A stretch of DNA of 64,000 nt, taken from an archaeon (GTDB lineage Archaea; Nanobdellota; Nanobdellia; Pacearchaeales; GW2011-AR1). The notes under the pieces are model-generated. The model was given only the letters and a program-made list of their open reading frames with translations, ran no database searches and had not been told where the DNA came from. Each line of letters starts with the position of its first letter. Position 1 is the stretch's first letter. The stretch is taken from the NCBI GenBank assembly GCA_043822125.1, contig JBDRCB010000009.1, positions 15,736 through 79,735 of the forward strand, written 5' to 3'. Shown one piece after another: positions 62,115-64,000 of this stretch. The position numbers and the translations under genes were made by a program.

Positions 62115-62474
62115 ATGAAAGAGAACCTTATTCATATAAAATTAGAATATTCTGAAGCAGTGCAGTCAAAAAAAGATGTTCTCTCCTCTGAAATGAGTCT
62201 GCTTAAAATCGCAAAAACAATAAAAAGATACAGAGCTCTTCGTTCAGAAGAAATAAAAATGAAATCAAAATTATATAAAGAAATAAAAGAAACCTCTATG
62301 AATCTCAGAAAAATGCAGACAATACTTCCAAAAATAGAAATTCCGCAGATAATCAAAAAAAATAATAGTGAAGAATTCGAAGAGAAAATCAAAAAAACAA
62401 AAGAGCAAAATTATGATCAGAGTTTAGAGGCACAGCTTCGGGAAATACAAGAGCGTCTGCGCACAATTCAGTAA
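62115..62474 (+). CDS. hypothetical coiled-coil protein
   Basis: 119 aa, heptad-rich. The start is 1 nt after the stop of the preceding ORF. Confidence 0.45.
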   Translation: MKENLIHIKLEYSEAVQSKKDVLSSEMSLLKIAKTIKRYRALRSEEIKMKSKLYKEIKETSMNLRKMQTILPKIEIPQIIKKNNSEEFEEKIKKTKEQNYDQSLEAQLREIQERLRTIQ

Positions 62475-62543
62475 AATAAAAACTGCTTTTATATATTTTA
62501 AAAAAATATAAACAATTTTAAACCATATCCCCTTAAAATTAAA

Positions 62544-64000
62544 ATGGATAGAAAAGAATTGATAAAAAAATATATTGATTTCTACAAATCAAAAAATCAC
62601 AAAGAGATTCCAAATGCATCGCTGATTCCTGAAAATGACCCGACAGTTCTTTTCACAACAGCAGGTATGCATCCAATTGTTCCATATCTCCTTGGAAATC
62701 CGCATCCCCTCGGAAAAAGATTATGTAATGTTCAGAAATGCATAAGAACAATAGATATTGAAGAGGTTGGAGACACAACACATCACACTTTTTTTGAAAT
62801 GCTTGGAAAATGGTCTGTAGGAGATTATTTTAAAAAAGAAGCAATAGAATACACTCTTGAATTCTTCACAAAAATTTTGAAAATACCAAAAGAAAAATTA
62901 GCTGTGAGTTGTTTTGCAGGGGACAAAAACGCACCAAAAGATGAAGAGTCTTTAAAGGTATGGCTGTCTCTCGGAATTCCAGAAGAAAGAATTGCATTTC
63001 TTCCGAAAAAAGACAATTGGTGGGAGACACCTGGGCCAGGGCCGTGTGGGCCTGACACAGAGATTTTCTATTGGAAAGATAATTTAAAACCTGCGCCAGA
63101 GAAATTCAATCCCGACGACAAAAACTGGGTTGAAATCGGAAATGATGTTTTAATGCAGTATGAAAAGGACAAATTAGGAAATTACAAAGATGCAAAACAA
63201 AAAAACATTGATTTTGGAGGGGGTGTAGAAAGAATCATTGCTGTTTTTAATAAATTAGAAGACGATTACCTAGCAGATATGTGGAAGCCGATAATTAAAA
63301 AAATAGAAAAAATTTCAGGAAGAAAATATGAGCAGCACAAAAGAGAAATGCGAATTATTGCAGACCACATCAAAGCATCTGTTCTTATAATTGCTGATGG
63401 AATCACACCTTCAAATACAGAACAAGGTTATGTCTTAAGAAGATTAATCAGAAGAGCAGTTAGATATGGGAAATTTTTAAATATAAAAAATTTCACTCCT
63501 CAAGTCGCAGAACCTATTTTCAAAATTTACGACGACTACAAGCACCTTCAAAAAAATAAGAAAAAAATTTTAGAAGAATTAAAAAAAGAGGAGGAAAAAT
63601 TTAATTTAACTTTAGAAAAAGGATTAAAAATTTTTGAAAAAATTGCAAAAGAAAAAAAAGAGATTGATTGCGATAAAGGTTTTCTATTATACCAATCATA
63701 TGGATTTCCAATTGAGATGACAACCGAACTTGCAAAGGAAAGAAAAATTAAATTTTCTCCTGAAGCATCTTATGCTTTATTAGACAAACACCAACAACTC
63801 TCGCGAACTGCAACAGCTGGAAAATTCAAATCAGGGCTTGCAGACAACTCTGAAGCAACAACTAAACTTCACACAGCAGCACACTTACTTTTGGCAGCAC
63901 TAAGAATAGTTTTAAAGGACAAAAATATAATTCAAAAAGGCTCAAATATAACGCCAGAGAGGATAAGGTTGGATTTTTCATTTTCAAGGAAATTAACCCA
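62544..64000 (+). CDS. alaS: alanine--tRNA ligase (N-terminal part; continues beyond the window end)
   Basis: ATG at 62544 with the frame open to the window edge, so it is not in the track. Motifs FTTAGMHP, HHTFFEMLG, PCGPDTEIF and GGGVERI. Confidence 0.85.
   Translation, partial: MDRKELIKKYIDFYKSKNHKEIPNASLIPENDPTVLFTTAGMHPIVPYLLGNPHPLGKRLCNVQKCIRTIDIEEVGDTTHHTFFEMLGKWSVGDYFKKEAIEYTLEFFTKILKIPKEKLAVSCFAGDKNAPKDEESLKVWLSLGIPEERIAFLPKKDNWWETPGPGPCGPDTEIFYWKDNLKPAPEKFNPDDKNWVEIGNDVLMQYEKDKLGNYKDAKQKNIDFGGGVERIIAVFNKLEDDYLADMWKPIIKKIEKISGRKYEQHKREMRIIADHIKASVLIIADGITPSNTEQGYVLRRLIRRAVRYGKFLNIKNFTPQVAEPIFKIYDDYKHLQKNKKKILEELKKEEEKFNLTLEKGLKIFEKIAKEKKEIDCDKGFLLYQSYGFPIEMTTELAKERKIKFSPEASYALLDKHQQLSRTATAGKFKSGLADNSEATTKLHTAAHLLLAALRIVLKDKNIIQKGSNITPERIRLDFSFSRKLT

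Noticed and set aside
1-64000. Search by eye for CRISPR arrays, rRNA genes, IS elements, transposases, integrases, phage genes, toxin-antitoxin pairs and known defence-system genes.
   Set aside because: - No regularly spaced direct repeats are present. The only repeats found are the 13-bp SD duplication, the 18-bp tandem repeat and the 33-bp tRNA repeat.
- No long GC-rich structured-RNA-like stretch is present.
- No ORF carries transposase, integrase, Cas or phage hallmarks.
- The Fic and PIN-like ORFs have no adjacent antitoxin-sized partner.

Overview
This is an AT-rich (roughly one-third GC by eye), very gene-dense archaeal chromosome segment. I call about 80 CDS and 4 tRNA genes, with short or overlapping gene junctions.

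The content is almost entirely housekeeping:
- Replication and repair: MCM, an RPA32-like OB-fold protein, ATP-dependent DNA ligase, type IA topoisomerase, RadB, ScpB and two DHH/RecJ-like proteins.
- Transcription: TBP, TFE, TFS, Rpo11 and an MBF1-like protein.
- Translation: Met-, Val-, Asp-, Pro- and Ala-tRNA synthetases, aRF1, aIF1A, aIF2-beta, eL15, deoxyhypusine synthase, Taw3, and the GatCAB and GatDE subunits.
- Division and envelope: FtsZ, MinD, signal peptidase, Sec61-beta, NAC, rhomboid, a processive GT2 synthase, and pilin-like or Cys-rich surface proteins.

The mix of archaeal information-processing genes, split genes, intron-bearing tRNAs and few metabolic genes fits a small-genome DPANN-type archaeon. 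That placement is inference only.

I found no rRNA, CRISPR array, transposase, integrase or prophage. I also see no clear-cut novel defence or mobile system.

The observations most worth a second look are:
1. A 10-kb cluster holding every tRNA-dependent amidotransferase subunit (gatC-like, gatA, gatE, gatD, gatB) plus AspRS. A Fic-domain gene sits between gatD and gatE, and GatE looks shortened.
2. A bacterial-type DisA diadenylate cyclase whose stop lies 1 nt from the start of a DHH/DHHA1 phosphoesterase.
3. All four tRNA genes carry anticodon-loop introns, and a 33-bp copy of the tRNA-Lys 5' part plus leader lies 63 bp upstream of the intact gene.
4. MetRS is split from its tRNA-binding domain by an orphan chorismate mutase and a hypothetical gene.
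5. A cellulose/chitin/PNAG-synthase-like GT2 is packed in an operon with scpB.
6. The ftsZ leader carries a duplicated Shine-Dalgarno block and a mini-uORF, whereas most genes look leaderless.
7. Several GC-rich hairpins stand out against the AT-rich background.
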